Below are positions 1 to 9,722 of a stretch of DNA of 64,000 bases, piece by piece (position 1 is the first letter of the stretch; each line of letters starts with the position of its first letter). Location of the stretch: positions 1-64,000 of the forward strand of contig JAYKHS010000003.1 in assembly GCA_035285865.1 (NCBI GenBank), written 5' to 3'. The DNA comes from Candidatus Sericytochromatia bacterium (GTDB taxonomy: Bacteria > Cyanobacteriota > Sericytochromatia > S15B-MN24 > VGJW01). The notes under the pieces were generated by a model. It ran no database searches, was not told the DNA's origin, and worked only from the letters and a program-made list of their open reading frames with translations. The position numbers and the translations under genes were made by a program.

Positions 1-2
1 TT

Positions 3-203
3 CTCTACATCCCTGACCATTCAGCCGCTCAACGGACCAAACAACACCAAGACTTCGCTCGGAATCACTCAGTCCACGACTCAAACAGTCAGGAAATGCG
101 CATCGATGTGGTTTTCAAGGTGCAACAGATGATGCGCAGATCACGCGGAAGCGAGACAAACAAGGCATCAACCCGGCCAATCAACGCCGGAACGACAGCA
201 TGA
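3..203 (+). CDS. Possible 3' end of a gene running in from the left edge (LYIPDHSAAQ...AGTTA*)
   Basis: Frame 3 is open from the window edge to TGA at 201-203. The DNA is less GC-rich than its neighbours. No motif recognised. Confidence 0.3.
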   Translation, partial: LYIPDHSAAQRTKQHQDFARNHSVHDSNSQEMRIDVVFKVQQMMRRSRGSETNKASTRPINAGTTA

Positions 204-279
204 CTCCTGCCCCTCGATCCTGTCAACATCAGGCTCCGAATGGAACGCCTGCAAGCCCCGCAGGTGCGGCGGCAGGGAT

Positions 280-666
280 TCAGGACAGCCTGCGCACCTG
301 CCTCGGTGCATCCCACGGGACCTCGACGACGTCACGAACGGACACGGCCGTCCCGCGCTCCCGGTCATCGGGCGGCAGGAAGATGCCGGCAAGGACGCTG
401 CCCACGCAACCGAGCACCACGGACGTCGGCACGATGACACCGACGAAATTCGCCGCCATCCTGTCGAAGAAGTAGACGAGGCCACCGAGCATCATCACCG
501 CACCGAACAGCGGCAGTGTCACCGCGAGCCCCGTCAGCACATAGGCCATCGGGTGCGCATAGTTGAAGATGTGGTCGCGCCCTTCACGAATCGGCACGAC
601 CAGCCGCGGATCTCCCGGGTGGTGGTAGAGCACGCCAAGGATCCAGCGAGGTTGCGCCGATCTCAC
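280..666 (-). CDS. DUF5808-like small membrane protein
   Basis: WILGVLYHHPGDPRLVVPIREG..IFNYAHP resembles the DUF5808 signature, followed by two hydrophobic helices. GTG start chosen 6 nt after a TATGGT -10-like hexamer. Confidence 0.65.
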   Translation of the reverse strand: MRSAQPRWILGVLYHHPGDPRLVVPIREGRDHIFNYAHPMAYVLTGLAVTLPLFGAVMMLGGLVYFFDRMAANFVGVIVPTSVVLGCVGSVLAGIFLPPDDRERGTAVSVRDVVEVPWDAPRQVRRLS

Positions 667-722
667 ACCACCACCATACCCGTGTCCCGGACACACCTTC
701 TCGGCTTGCCTATACTGAGACC

Positions 723-1871
723 ATGCTGCTTCCCGAACTCCTGCGCATCGGCCTTGTCCAGCACGCGGCGACGCTGTCCATCACCCTTGCATCGCCGGGC
801 GCATTGGTCGATGGGGTGGGGGCGCCTCGCGCCCTGCCTGCAGACCGTCCCCTTGCCCTGGCGTGGACCGGAGACCAGGTCGAGCTCGTGCTGCCGCTTC
901 CGCAGGGTGGCACGGAGCGACTGCGCGCGTCCCTGCCCCTGACGATCTCAGGCCAGGAAAGCTTCCAGTGGCGCGGCTCCTGGTACAGGGGGCAAGCCGA
1001 GGTGCGCGCCGACGGACGCGGCATGACGCTGGTCGACACGCTGGCCCCCGAGACCTACCTGCGGGGAGTCGTCCCCCGGGAAGTGCCCTCTTCGTGGCCG
1101 ATGGAAGCCCTGAAGGTCCAGGCCATCGCTGCCCGGACCTACCTTGCCGCAACCGTGGGCAGGTTCGCGGATCAGGGCTTCGACCTGCACGCCGACGAAC
1201 GCAGCCAGGTCTACGGCGGCAAGAGTGCCGAGCATGTCCGCACCGACGAGGCCGTCCGGAGCACTAAGGGGCTTGTCGCCACGTGGCAAGGAACTCCCAT
1301 CAAGGCCTACTACAGCTCGGGTGCCGGCGGCATGACCGAGGCCAACGATGCCGTCGAGGGCTTTGCCGAGCCAGGTCCCGACGGACGCCCGCAGGCCCTT
1401 CCCTATCTGCGCCCCGTGGTCGACTTCGACTGGGAGTCCAGACGCCATGCGTGGTCGCGCGAAGTGACTGCGTCGCGCCTCGAGGAGGTCCTGACCGGGG
1501 AAAGGCCCGCCGTCGGGCACCCCCTCGGCATCGAAATCACGGAGCGCAGCGCTTCGGGGAGGGCACGCTGGATTCGCATCCGCGGCACGGCAGGCACGTT
1601 GGAACTGCCGGGCACGCGCCTTCGCCGTCTGCTGCGCCTCGACAGCACGCTCTTCGCCGCTGCGCCCGTCCGGCCCGGGGTGTTCCTGTTCACCGGAAGG
1701 GGCTGGGGCCATGGCGTAGGCATGTCCCAGTCCGGGAGCCGCCAGATGGCCGAATGGGGCTTCGACCACGCGGAAATCCTCGCGCACTACTATCCCGGGA
1801 CACGCCTCGAACGTGCGGACGCCCCGACTCCGGGCGGAAACCTGGTGCCGGGGCGCTCGTCAGACCACTAA
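723..1871 (+). CDS. SpoIID/LytB domain protein (lytic transglycosylase-like)
   Basis: ETYLRGVVPREVPSSWPMEALKVQAIAARTY, SQVYGG, GRGWGHGVGMSQSG, ILAHYYPGT motifs. Confidence 0.93.
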   Translation: MLLPELLRIGLVQHAATLSITLASPGALVDGVGAPRALPADRPLALAWTGDQVELVLPLPQGGTERLRASLPLTISGQESFQWRGSWYRGQAEVRADGRGMTLVDTLAPETYLRGVVPREVPSSWPMEALKVQAIAARTYLAATVGRFADQGFDLHADERSQVYGGKSAEHVRTDEAVRSTKGLVATWQGTPIKAYYSSGAGGMTEANDAVEGFAEPGPDGRPQALPYLRPVVDFDWESRRHAWSREVTASRLEEVLTGERPAVGHPLGIEITERSASGRARWIRIRGTAGTLELPGTRLRRLLRLDSTLFAAAPVRPGVFLFTGRGWGHGVGMSQSGSRQMAEWGFDHAEILAHYYPGTRLERADAPTPGGNLVPGRSSDH

Positions 1872-2422
1872 CCGCCGATAGTCTGGCCCGAGCCTACGAG
1901 CGTGCGGGCTTCGGTGACCCAGCGTGTCACGGTCGTCATGCCGGGCGTGCGCTGCACGAAGGGACGCGAGATGTTGTTGGCGATACCGACTCGCTCGCGC
2001 AGATTGGCCGGCACACGCTGGGCGAGTTCCTTGACCGACGCCACGCCGACCGCCTGAAGCAGGTTGGCCTGACGGACACCGATGCCCTTGATGCGCATCA
2101 GTTCGACGGCCTGCGCGATGGGCAGCAGGCGGCCATAAGGGATGTCCGCGGCGCGCGCAAGACGCTCACGCTCGGTGCGGGTCGCCGTCCGGGCCTTCAA
2201 CTGGTCCGTGTTCGTCACGCCGGCCTTGGCCAGCCGCTCGGCGTAGACTTGGCCGACGCCCAGCAGATCGACCACGGGATAAGCCCGCAGCGCATCCAGT
2301 TCGTCCTCGTCCTGCGCGGCCGCCACGGCGAGAGGCGCGGAGACGGATGCGGGCGCACCACAACCGGTCATCGGCACCACGGAAACCAAGGCGAGGGCAA
2401 ACCAGGCAGACTTATGAAACAT
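1868..2422 (-). CDS. DUF4332 (helix-hairpin-helix) lipoprotein
   Basis: Lipobox-like MTGC; LLGVGQVYAERLAKAGV and ELMRIKGIGVRQANLLQAVGVASVKELAQR motifs; GGAG upstream of ATG 2422. Confidence 0.85.
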   Translation of the reverse strand: MFHKSAWFALALVSVVPMTGCGAPASVSAPLAVAAAQDEDELDALRAYPVVDLLGVGQVYAERLAKAGVTNTDQLKARTATRTERERLARAADIPYGRLLPIAQAVELMRIKGIGVRQANLLQAVGVASVKELAQRVPANLRERVGIANNISRPFVQRTPGMTTVTRWVTEARTLVGSGQTIGG

Positions 2423-2612
2423 GGCGGAAGGCTCCAAAAGAAATCAGGTCGGGTGAGCCCATTGACGGACCCTGTACGTCTTATAGTTTACACACAAATA
2501 AACTTGCTTTAATCATTTAACCGACGGACCGACGAACTCCAAAACCGCGCCTCGTGGAGGGACACCGTTCTGAACGGCGTCCGGGCCCTGCACCCGCTCC
2601 TGCCGGAGGCGA

Positions 2613-3992
2613 CTATTCCGCGGCGCGCCGACGCTTCTCGAGCTCGGGATGAATCCAGCCCAGGCAGAAGTAAGAAACGCCCGTAACGGAAGGGAAAGCC
2701 TGATCCACCACCCGGCCCTTCAGCCAGGCCGTCTGCTCCCGCAGGCTGGGGTGATGTCGCGCGGCATCGACCGGGGTACCGGGCGGGTCGGGAGCAAGCA
2801 CAGGCATGACGATGGGCGCACGGGAGGGCCCGGCGGCGTCGATGGCTTCCTGGACCAAAGACAGGGCCCGTTCGACGGTGTAGTCGCCATAGGGACCGGG
2901 CGCCTGATCCAGATGGTAGCTGTAGCACATGGGCGCCAATACATCGAAGCGCGCCAGCCACCTGCGGGATTCCTGAACCCGCGCGTCGTGCCGATGGAAG
3001 TAATAGTCCGGAAAATAGGCAGCCCCGAGGGCGGCGCGGCGCCCCACGCGGCTGCGCAGATCGTCGATGAGCCCCTCGATATCCTCCGACAGCGCAGTCT
3101 TCCACTGCCCCAGCATGACCTCGCGGTCTGAGGCGCGTGCCACCTGGCCCGTCTGCAGAAAGTGTCGGAAGCCGTCGCCGGCCATCTCGGGGTGCCGAGC
3201 CTCGATGCGCTCCCGCTGCCGCAACGCATAGCCGAAGAACTGGCGCGGGTCCGGCGACTCGTCGATGTCGTCACCCTTCAGGCGAGTCGGGTAGCGCAGG
3301 TAGTCCAGCATGACGCCGTCCACCCCACGGGCAATGGCGCCATCCACGACCGCCCCCAACGCCTCACGGACCTCGGGCAACGCCGGAGAAACGCGATGGG
3401 AACCCCGCTCGACCTGACCGGAGTGGTTGCCGAAGCCGTCCATCACGAGGCTGTCCGGGTGCGCCGCGGCCCACGCAGGTCCGAAGTCCAGTGTGTGCAG
3501 CCAAGCGTGCACGCGGATGTTGCGGCGATGGCCCTCCCGGACATACATGTCCAGCAGGTCGATGCCATGGCGGGCGGGGAAGATGGCAACACCCGGAAAT
3601 TCCAACTGGCCGCCCCGAAAAGTCTCGACAAAGACGTCGGTGATGCCCAGTTCCTGAATCTTGTCAAAGACCTCCAGGATGTCCATGGCCCAGCGGTCCC
3701 GGCCGTGCGGGCGGATCCACATGCCCTTGCGGGACAGCACGTCCCGTCCGTTCGCGCCCTCGGACCAGCGGCCCACCTCATCCATGACGGCACGGTAGGC
3801 CAGCGCCTCGGGAGGCGCCTGTTCGGCACGGTCCCAGCGATCCCACGCCTCGGCGGGCAAAGGCACCGGCTGGACGGCCATGTAGGCCTCACGCGCTTCG
3901 GCAAGTCGGTCGGTCCAAGCCGCCGCACCCACCGGACCACCCCACCCCAGGGTCGCCGCAACACCCAGAACCACCGCCATGGTCGTGCGCAT
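2613..3992 (-). CDS. Glycoside hydrolase-like family 10 (DUF187/YddW-type) secreted protein
   Basis: Signal peptide MRTTMAVVLGVAATLGWGGPVGAAA; KGMWIRP, GIDLLDMYVREGHRRNIRVHAW, VDGVMLDYLRYP. The supplied ORF extension to 5360 is shadow. Confidence 0.85.
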   Translation of the reverse strand: MRTTMAVVLGVAATLGWGGPVGAAAWTDRLAEAREAYMAVQPVPLPAEAWDRWDRAEQAPPEALAYRAVMDEVGRWSEGANGRDVLSRKGMWIRPHGRDRWAMDILEVFDKIQELGITDVFVETFRGGQLEFPGVAIFPARHGIDLLDMYVREGHRRNIRVHAWLHTLDFGPAWAAAHPDSLVMDGFGNHSGQVERGSHRVSPALPEVREALGAVVDGAIARGVDGVMLDYLRYPTRLKGDDIDESPDPRQFFGYALRQRERIEARHPEMAGDGFRHFLQTGQVARASDREVMLGQWKTALSEDIEGLIDDLRSRVGRRAALGAAYFPDYYFHRHDARVQESRRWLARFDVLAPMCYSYHLDQAPGPYGDYTVERALSLVQEAIDAAGPSRAPIVMPVLAPDPPGTPVDAARHHPSLREQTAWLKGRVVDQAFPSVTGVSYFCLGWIHPELEKRRRAAE

Positions 3993-4094
3993 GCCGTCAG
4001 GTTGCCACCTCCCCATCGCATCGGCAAGGGGGCTTGCATCACAGACCGACAGACACCCCCGTGACAAACTGCGGAAACGTTCCACGGAGGCCCC

Positions 4095-5192
4095 ATGAAC
4101 GCCAAGGAAGCAAACGACCTCGACCAGGACATGGCGACGCTCCACGCCTTGCTGGCGACCGCGGGCAACGACTTCTCCCGAACCTTTCGGGTCGTGCTCA
4201 AGGAGCAGGACTGGCTGGTCGAAGCGATGCCCGAGTCCGTTCGTCGGCCGAAGCAGGATCGCAGTGCCTCGGGCATGGCCACCTTCACGCTCGCCGCAGG
4301 GCTGTCCCCTATGCTGCCCACCACCCAACTGGATGACCTGGTGCCCCCCCCGCCCTCGCTGATCTCCAGTGCTCCGGCGGTGCCCGGAACCAGCGCCGAC
4401 GACGACTGGAGTTACCTCGCCCCGGTGGAGACGGTGGCTCAGGCGCGCCCCGCCGCCGAGGCCTCCGCTACGAAGTCTCGCGACACTCGTCCCAAGCCCG
4501 ATCAGGGCATGAACGGCGTTCCCCCGGGGGAAACGCTTCCGGCCCTGCCCTACGTGGCCCTGCCGACCCGCACGACGGCACCCCGGGCCGGGGCATCCGC
4601 TCCTGCCGTACTGCCTCCCGCCGTTGCGGCGCGCCCCATCGAGCTGCCGCCGCTGCCCGGACGCATCGCATCGCGCGCCGAGCGCGGGCGGCCCACGGGC
4701 GGAGTCGTGGCGCTGGGGCCCGCCGTACCGGAAAGCCTTTTGCCGCTCGGCCCCGTCATGCCGGAGAACCTGCGGCCGCTCGGTCCGTCGGTACCTGCCG
4801 ATTGGCAGCCCCCGACAGCAGATCCGCCGGAATTCGCGAACGCCCTGTCTGAGGAAGCCGTCTCCCCGGTCGCCGCAGCCTTGACGAAGCCTCAGCAGGT
4901 TCGGGCGGCATCGAGCGGTCCCCGCTGGCACGTGATTCGCAGCGGGGAGACGCTGATTCAGCTTGCGCGGCGGTACTACGACGGGAAAGGACGCCACTGG
5001 ATGGGGCTGTTCGCGTTCAATCGCAACCGTATCCGCAGTGCCGACCAGGTCTTCCCAGGCGACCGCATCCAGATTCCGTCCCAAGAGGTGGTCGCTGCCC
5101 TGTCGACGACCCGGCAGGCGCAAGAGCGGAAACCAGGCCGTCTGGCGGCCCTCGGCAAGGACCTCTCGCGCAGGCGCACCCGAATCTCCTGA
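4095..5192 (+). CDS. Pro-rich protein with C-terminal LysM domain
   Basis: GGAGG RBS; HVIRSGETLIQLARRYY..HWMGLFAFNRNRIRSADQVFPGDRIQIP is a LysM domain. Confidence 0.85.
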   Translation: MNAKEANDLDQDMATLHALLATAGNDFSRTFRVVLKEQDWLVEAMPESVRRPKQDRSASGMATFTLAAGLSPMLPTTQLDDLVPPPPSLISSAPAVPGTSADDDWSYLAPVETVAQARPAAEASATKSRDTRPKPDQGMNGVPPGETLPALPYVALPTRTTAPRAGASAPAVLPPAVAARPIELPPLPGRIASRAERGRPTGGVVALGPAVPESLLPLGPVMPENLRPLGPSVPADWQPPTADPPEFANALSEEAVSPVAAALTKPQQVRAASSGPRWHVIRSGETLIQLARRYYDGKGRHWMGLFAFNRNRIRSADQVFPGDRIQIPSQEVVAALSTTRQAQERKPGRLAALGKDLSRRRTRIS

Positions 5193-5265
5193 GCACGCGT
5201 GATGGGAAGCCACGCTCTGGTATGATCCCAGTGCGGATCCGCCCCCGACCGAACGAGGCTTCTCA

Positions 5266-7134
5266 GTGACGGAACAACACGCCCTCGGCCTTCCCGGCAC
5301 GCCCGCAGAAGCGGGCGCAGACCCGCACGCAACCACGCTACCCGTGATATTCCGGCGCACGGTCGATCGTCAGCCGGATGCCGTGGCGATGGCCCACAAG
5401 ATGCGGGACCAGTGGCAAACGATCTCCTACAGGTCTTTCCTGCAGCAGGTCGACGCGCTGGCGGCCGCTCTGGTAGATATCGGCATTCTCGTCCACGACC
5501 GGGTTTGTCTCCTGTCTGCCAATCGACCGGAGTGGCTGATTGCGGACCAGGCCATCTTGGCGACAGGTGCGGCCAACGTGCCCATCTACCCGACGCTGAC
5601 GGCCCCCCAGATACGCTATCTGCTGCAGGACTCCGGCGCCCGCGCGCTCTTCGTTTCGGATCCCGTGCAGTACGCCAAAGTGGTTGAAGTTGCCTCCGAG
5701 ACTCCGCAACTGGCGCACATCGTCCTGATGAGCGGGGAGGCTCCTGCACAGGCCCCGATCACCACCGAAACCTGGGCGGCCTTCCTGGCGCGGGGCGAAG
5801 CCGCGGCGGAGCGCACCCGCGCGGAACGCGAAGCGCGCCTTGCACGCATCACCCCGGAAGACACGGCGTCCATCATCTACACGTCAGGCACCACGGGCGA
5901 GCCCAAGGGGGCGATGCTGACCCACCGGAACATCGTGAGCAACCACGAGACGATCATCCCGCTCGTGGACATCCGCGCCACCGATGCCAACCTGTCGTTC
6001 CTGCCGCTCTCGCACGTGTTCGAACGGGTGGTGTATTACGCCTTCATCTCTGCGGGCGCGCGAATCAACTTTGCCGAAAGCATCGAGAAAGTGCGGGACA
6101 ATCTCGCCGAGGTCTGCCCGACCTTCCTCGTCAGCGTGCCGCGGGTCCTCGAGAAGATCCGCGCAGGCGCTCTCGACAAGGCAGAAAAAGCTCCGCCTTT
6201 GCGCCGCCGCATCTTCCACTGGGCCTTCGATGTCGCCCGGACCGCACGGACCGATCGAGAGCGCCTCGGCGGCCTGTCGCCCTTCACGATGATGCAGTTG
6301 AGCATTGCGGACAAGCTGGTCTTCTCGAAGATCCGTGCCGTCCTTGGCGGTCGCCTGCGCTACTGCATCAGCGGTGGCGCCCCGCTGTCCAAGGAAGTGG
6401 CCGAGTTCTTCGAACTCGTGGGCATCGTCCTGCTGGAAGGTTATGGCCTGACGGAGACCAGCCCGGTCATCTCGTGCAATACCCCGGTAGCCCGACGCCT
6501 GGGCACGGTAGGCAAGCCGATTGATGGCGTCGAAGTCCACATTGCCGAGGACGGCGAAATCCTGGCGCGTGGCCCGAACATCATGAAGGGCTACTTCAAC
6601 AAGCCCGAAGAAACGGCCAAGGCCATCGACCCCGATGGCTGGTTCCATACCGGTGACATCGGCTCGTTCGACGAGGACGGCTTCCTGCGCATCACGGACC
6701 GCAAGAAGGAAATCCTCGTGATGAGCAATGGCAAGAACGTGGCCCCGGCGCCCATCGAGAACGCCCTCCTGCTCAGTCCCTACATCGCCCAGGCTTGCGT
6801 GCTCGGCGACAACCGCAACTTCATCGCGGCCATCCTCGTGCCCAATTTCGCGAACCTCGTGCCCTGGGCCACGAAGAAAGGCCTGCCGACGGAACCGGCG
6901 AGCCTCGCCGGGCATCCTGAGGTCCGTGCCCTGATCCAGGCTGAAGTCGCTCGCCAGACCCAGAGCTTCGCCCGATTCGAGCAGATCAAGCAGTTCACGC
7001 TGCTGGCCCAGGAGTTCTCCATCGAAACCGGCGAGCTAACGCCCAAGCTCTCGCTCAAGCGGCGGGTCATCCTCGAGCGCCACGCTTCGGCCATCGAGCG
7101 GATGTACGAAGCCCAAGCCCCAGTAGAAGCCTGA
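5266..7134 (+). CDS. Long-chain fatty-acid--CoA ligase (FadD15-like)
   Basis: IIYTSGTTGEPKG, LEGYGLTET, GWFHTGDIG, ITDRKKEILVMSNGKNVAP, ELTPKLSLKR. Confidence 0.95.
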   Translation: MTEQHALGLPGTPAEAGADPHATTLPVIFRRTVDRQPDAVAMAHKMRDQWQTISYRSFLQQVDALAAALVDIGILVHDRVCLLSANRPEWLIADQAILATGAANVPIYPTLTAPQIRYLLQDSGARALFVSDPVQYAKVVEVASETPQLAHIVLMSGEAPAQAPITTETWAAFLARGEAAAERTRAEREARLARITPEDTASIIYTSGTTGEPKGAMLTHRNIVSNHETIIPLVDIRATDANLSFLPLSHVFERVVYYAFISAGARINFAESIEKVRDNLAEVCPTFLVSVPRVLEKIRAGALDKAEKAPPLRRRIFHWAFDVARTARTDRERLGGLSPFTMMQLSIADKLVFSKIRAVLGGRLRYCISGGAPLSKEVAEFFELVGIVLLEGYGLTETSPVISCNTPVARRLGTVGKPIDGVEVHIAEDGEILARGPNIMKGYFNKPEETAKAIDPDGWFHTGDIGSFDEDGFLRITDRKKEILVMSNGKNVAPAPIENALLLSPYIAQACVLGDNRNFIAAILVPNFANLVPWATKKGLPTEPASLAGHPEVRALIQAEVARQTQSFARFEQIKQFTLLAQEFSIETGELTPKLSLKRRVILERHASAIERMYEAQAPVEA

Positions 7135-7142
7135 ACTCCGGC

Positions 7143-8099
7143 GTGGACATCGCCTTGACGTTCCTGGGCACGGCCGGAGCCGTGCCCACCCCCCAGCGCA
7201 ACCTGTCTGCAACCCTGCTGCAGCGCGGCTCCGACCGCATCCTCGTGGACTGCGGTGAGGGAACCCAACGCCAGCTGATCCGGGCTGCCGTCGGCCTTAC
7301 GCAGATTCAGACCATCCTCCTCACCCATCTGCACGCGGATCATTACTTGGGCCTGCCGGGGATGCTCAAGACATGGGACCTCTGGGGCCGTACGGACCCT
7401 GTCGACATCCACGGCCCCCGAGGCCTGCTGGACCTCGTGGAGTTGCTGCGTCGCATCATCGGCCGGACCGACTTCCCCGTCCACTGGCATGAGCACAGGG
7501 CCGGCGATGTCCTTTCCATGGAGGGTGCGCGCCTCGTGGCCGTCGGCACGGACCACCGCATCCCCTCGCTCGGCTGGCTCTTGGCCGAGGATGACCGGCC
7601 AGGTCGCTTCGATGTCGCCACGGCACGACGACTGGGCGTCACGGACGGCCCGGATTGCGGACGCCTGCAGCGCGGCGCGTCCGTCACGGCACGTGATGGA
7701 CGCGTGGTGCAACCCTCGGAGGTCCTCGGTCCGCCCCGCCCCGGCCGCCGCATCGTGCTCACGGGCGATACCCGCCCCTGCAACGCCGTCATCGAGGCCG
7801 CCGCAGGGGCTGATCTGCTCGTCCACGACAGCACCTTCACCACGGCCGAGCAGCAGCGGGCCGAGGAAACCTACCATTCGACTGCCCGCGAAGCGGCTCT
7901 GGTCGCCAAGGTGGCAGGTGTCCGGCGCCTCGCCCTGACGCATCTGAGCTATCGGCACCACCCGCGCGACCTGCATGCGGAGGCCCGCGAGGTTTTCCCG
8001 GACTGCGTGCTGCCCGCGGACCTGGACAGGATGATCGTGCCGTTTCCGGAAAAAGGTGCGGCCTATCTCGACAAGGAGCCCGTGGCCGTCCCTTCCTGA
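7143..8099 (+). CDS. rnz: Ribonuclease Z
   Basis: FLGTAGAVPTPQRN, DCGEGTQRQ, THLHADHYLG, TGDTRP, HST, LTHLSYR. Confidence 0.93.
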   Translation: MDIALTFLGTAGAVPTPQRNLSATLLQRGSDRILVDCGEGTQRQLIRAAVGLTQIQTILLTHLHADHYLGLPGMLKTWDLWGRTDPVDIHGPRGLLDLVELLRRIIGRTDFPVHWHEHRAGDVLSMEGARLVAVGTDHRIPSLGWLLAEDDRPGRFDVATARRLGVTDGPDCGRLQRGASVTARDGRVVQPSEVLGPPRPGRRIVLTGDTRPCNAVIEAAAGADLLVHDSTFTTAEQQRAEETYHSTAREAALVAKVAGVRRLALTHLSYRHHPRDLHAEAREVFPDCVLPADLDRMIVPFPEKGAAYLDKEPVAVPS

Positions 8100-9631
8100 C
8101 GGATCTCCTCCCACTCGATGATGGCGGTCGGGGTCGGATTCGGGCGCGGCCGGCCCCCTGCGGCGGGCGGTTCAATCGGTTCGAGGGTAGGCCAACGGAA
8201 CGGCACGCGCGGCGGTGCCGGAATGGCGCGCAGTGGTGTCGTAACGCGCCCATCATGCGGCCGGGATGGCAAGCGCACCGGGTCGGCCGCGGCAGCAGTC
8301 GGCAGAAGCCGATCGCCGGCCTTGACGGGGGGATGGGTCGCCATCGGCGGCAGGATTGGCTGGGGATCATCGAAGATCCGCACGAGGTCCAAGGCCTCAC
8401 GGCCCGGCATCAGCCGACCCGGTGCCGACTTCGGGGATGCCGACGGCAGCACGGAGCGCCGCGTATCCACGACCGCGCCCGATGCTTGGGCGACGATGTC
8501 GGCAGGGGGCACGCTGCGGCCCTGCGGCACGGAGACGCCAGCCCCGGATACAGGGAACGTCAATGCCAGCCAGTCCATGACCGTCTGGTGATAGGCCTCG
8601 TAGCCATCCCATGGCACCGGCCGCCCGCGACCGGGTAGCCAGCGCAGGCTGCGCGGCTCACCTGCGAGGTCATGCGCCTGCGTGAGGACCGGGTCCCGCT
8701 CCGCCCCACCGCCCAGCAGCAGCAGGGGCAAGGGCGCGATGCGCGGCACCAGCGAAACCAGGGTCTCTCCGTCCCCGGGTCCCGGAGCCGCAAGACGCCA
8801 GCCGGTCACCGCAGCCCACGCCAATCGCCCCGGCAGTGAGGCAAGACCACGCCACCACGCGTCTCCAGCACGCGCCTCACCCCAGCGGCCGGCCGGTCCC
8901 GCGAGGACGACGGCATCAAGCGTACCGGGAACCAGAGCTGCCCTGGCCATCGCCAGTGCCCCATCCCCTTCCCCGAGGCCGACGATGCGGGAGGCCCCCC
9001 TGCGACGCAACCACGCCGCTGCCTCGAGAACACCACGAGCATCGCCACCATCGGGTCCCTGAACGCCCGGTACGCCGGGCGCACCTGCGGGATAGAGCAC
9101 GAGGACGCGCGCCCTCGGCGCCCACCAGCGGGCAAGCGTGTCGATGGCCAGCCCACGAGCACCGGAGGGCCAGGATGGCAGAACAACCAGCCCCAGACTT
9201 GAACGTGACGGATGCAGCACCCCTCGGACGACCCCTCCGTGAACATCGCGTGCCGTCCACTCCCGTGCCCCCGAGGCGAGCGGCACATCCTGGCAGGGCG
9301 CAGCGTGTCGCGGGGTTCCGCCAGCCACGCCGAGGCCATCCCGAGCAAGCAGGAACAAGGCGAGAAAGGAGGCAGCTCCCCCGCTCGAGACCAGTGCGAG
9401 GATTCCGTGCCCCCACCCCTTGGACGCACGCCACGCCAACACCGCAGCCACCGACCACGCAGCTGCCAGCAGCAGCCAAATCGGCTCGGTAAGCACCCCG
9501 AAGAAGCGCTGACCCTCGAACACCCACGGCCACGCCAGAACCAGAAGGGTGCCGAGGCACGCGCCGCCCACCCAAGGGCCCGGCCGTACCGGGCCGCGGG
9601 AACTCGCGTTTCGCGAGGGGGCGGCGGCCAT
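8063..9631 (-). CDS. Membrane-anchored alpha/beta-hydrolase-fold protein with Pro-rich tail
   Basis: Three N-terminal hydrophobic segments; DARGVLEAAAWLRRRGASRIVGLGEGDGA and VPRIAPLPLLLLGG fit the fold; the nucleophile motif is degenerate. Confidence 0.6.
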   Translation of the reverse strand: MAAAPSRNASSRGPVRPGPWVGGACLGTLLVLAWPWVFEGQRFFGVLTEPIWLLLAAAWSVAAVLAWRASKGWGHGILALVSSGGAASFLALFLLARDGLGVAGGTPRHAAPCQDVPLASGAREWTARDVHGGVVRGVLHPSRSSLGLVVLPSWPSGARGLAIDTLARWWAPRARVLVLYPAGAPGVPGVQGPDGGDARGVLEAAAWLRRRGASRIVGLGEGDGALAMARAALVPGTLDAVVLAGPAGRWGEARAGDAWWRGLASLPGRLAWAAVTGWRLAAPGPGDGETLVSLVPRIAPLPLLLLGGGAERDPVLTQAHDLAGEPRSLRWLPGRGRPVPWDGYEAYHQTVMDWLALTFPVSGAGVSVPQGRSVPPADIVAQASGAVVDTRRSVLPSASPKSAPGRLMPGREALDLVRIFDDPQPILPPMATHPPVKAGDRLLPTAAAADPVRLPSRPHDGRVTTPLRAIPAPPRVPFRWPTLEPIEPPAAGGRPRPNPTPTAIIEWEEIRQEGTATGSLSR

Positions 9632-9722
9632 GCTCGCATCGTTCCACGCCCGGCCTGCGGCCGACAAGGTAAACCGTCACGCGGAGTTGCCCGGGACCTC
9701 GCGCTCGCCTACCATGCCGCGC

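Noticed and set aside
3993..5360. N-terminal extension making the GHL10 ORF 915 aa
   Set aside because: Antisense to the LysM gene; a good signal peptide begins at 3992.
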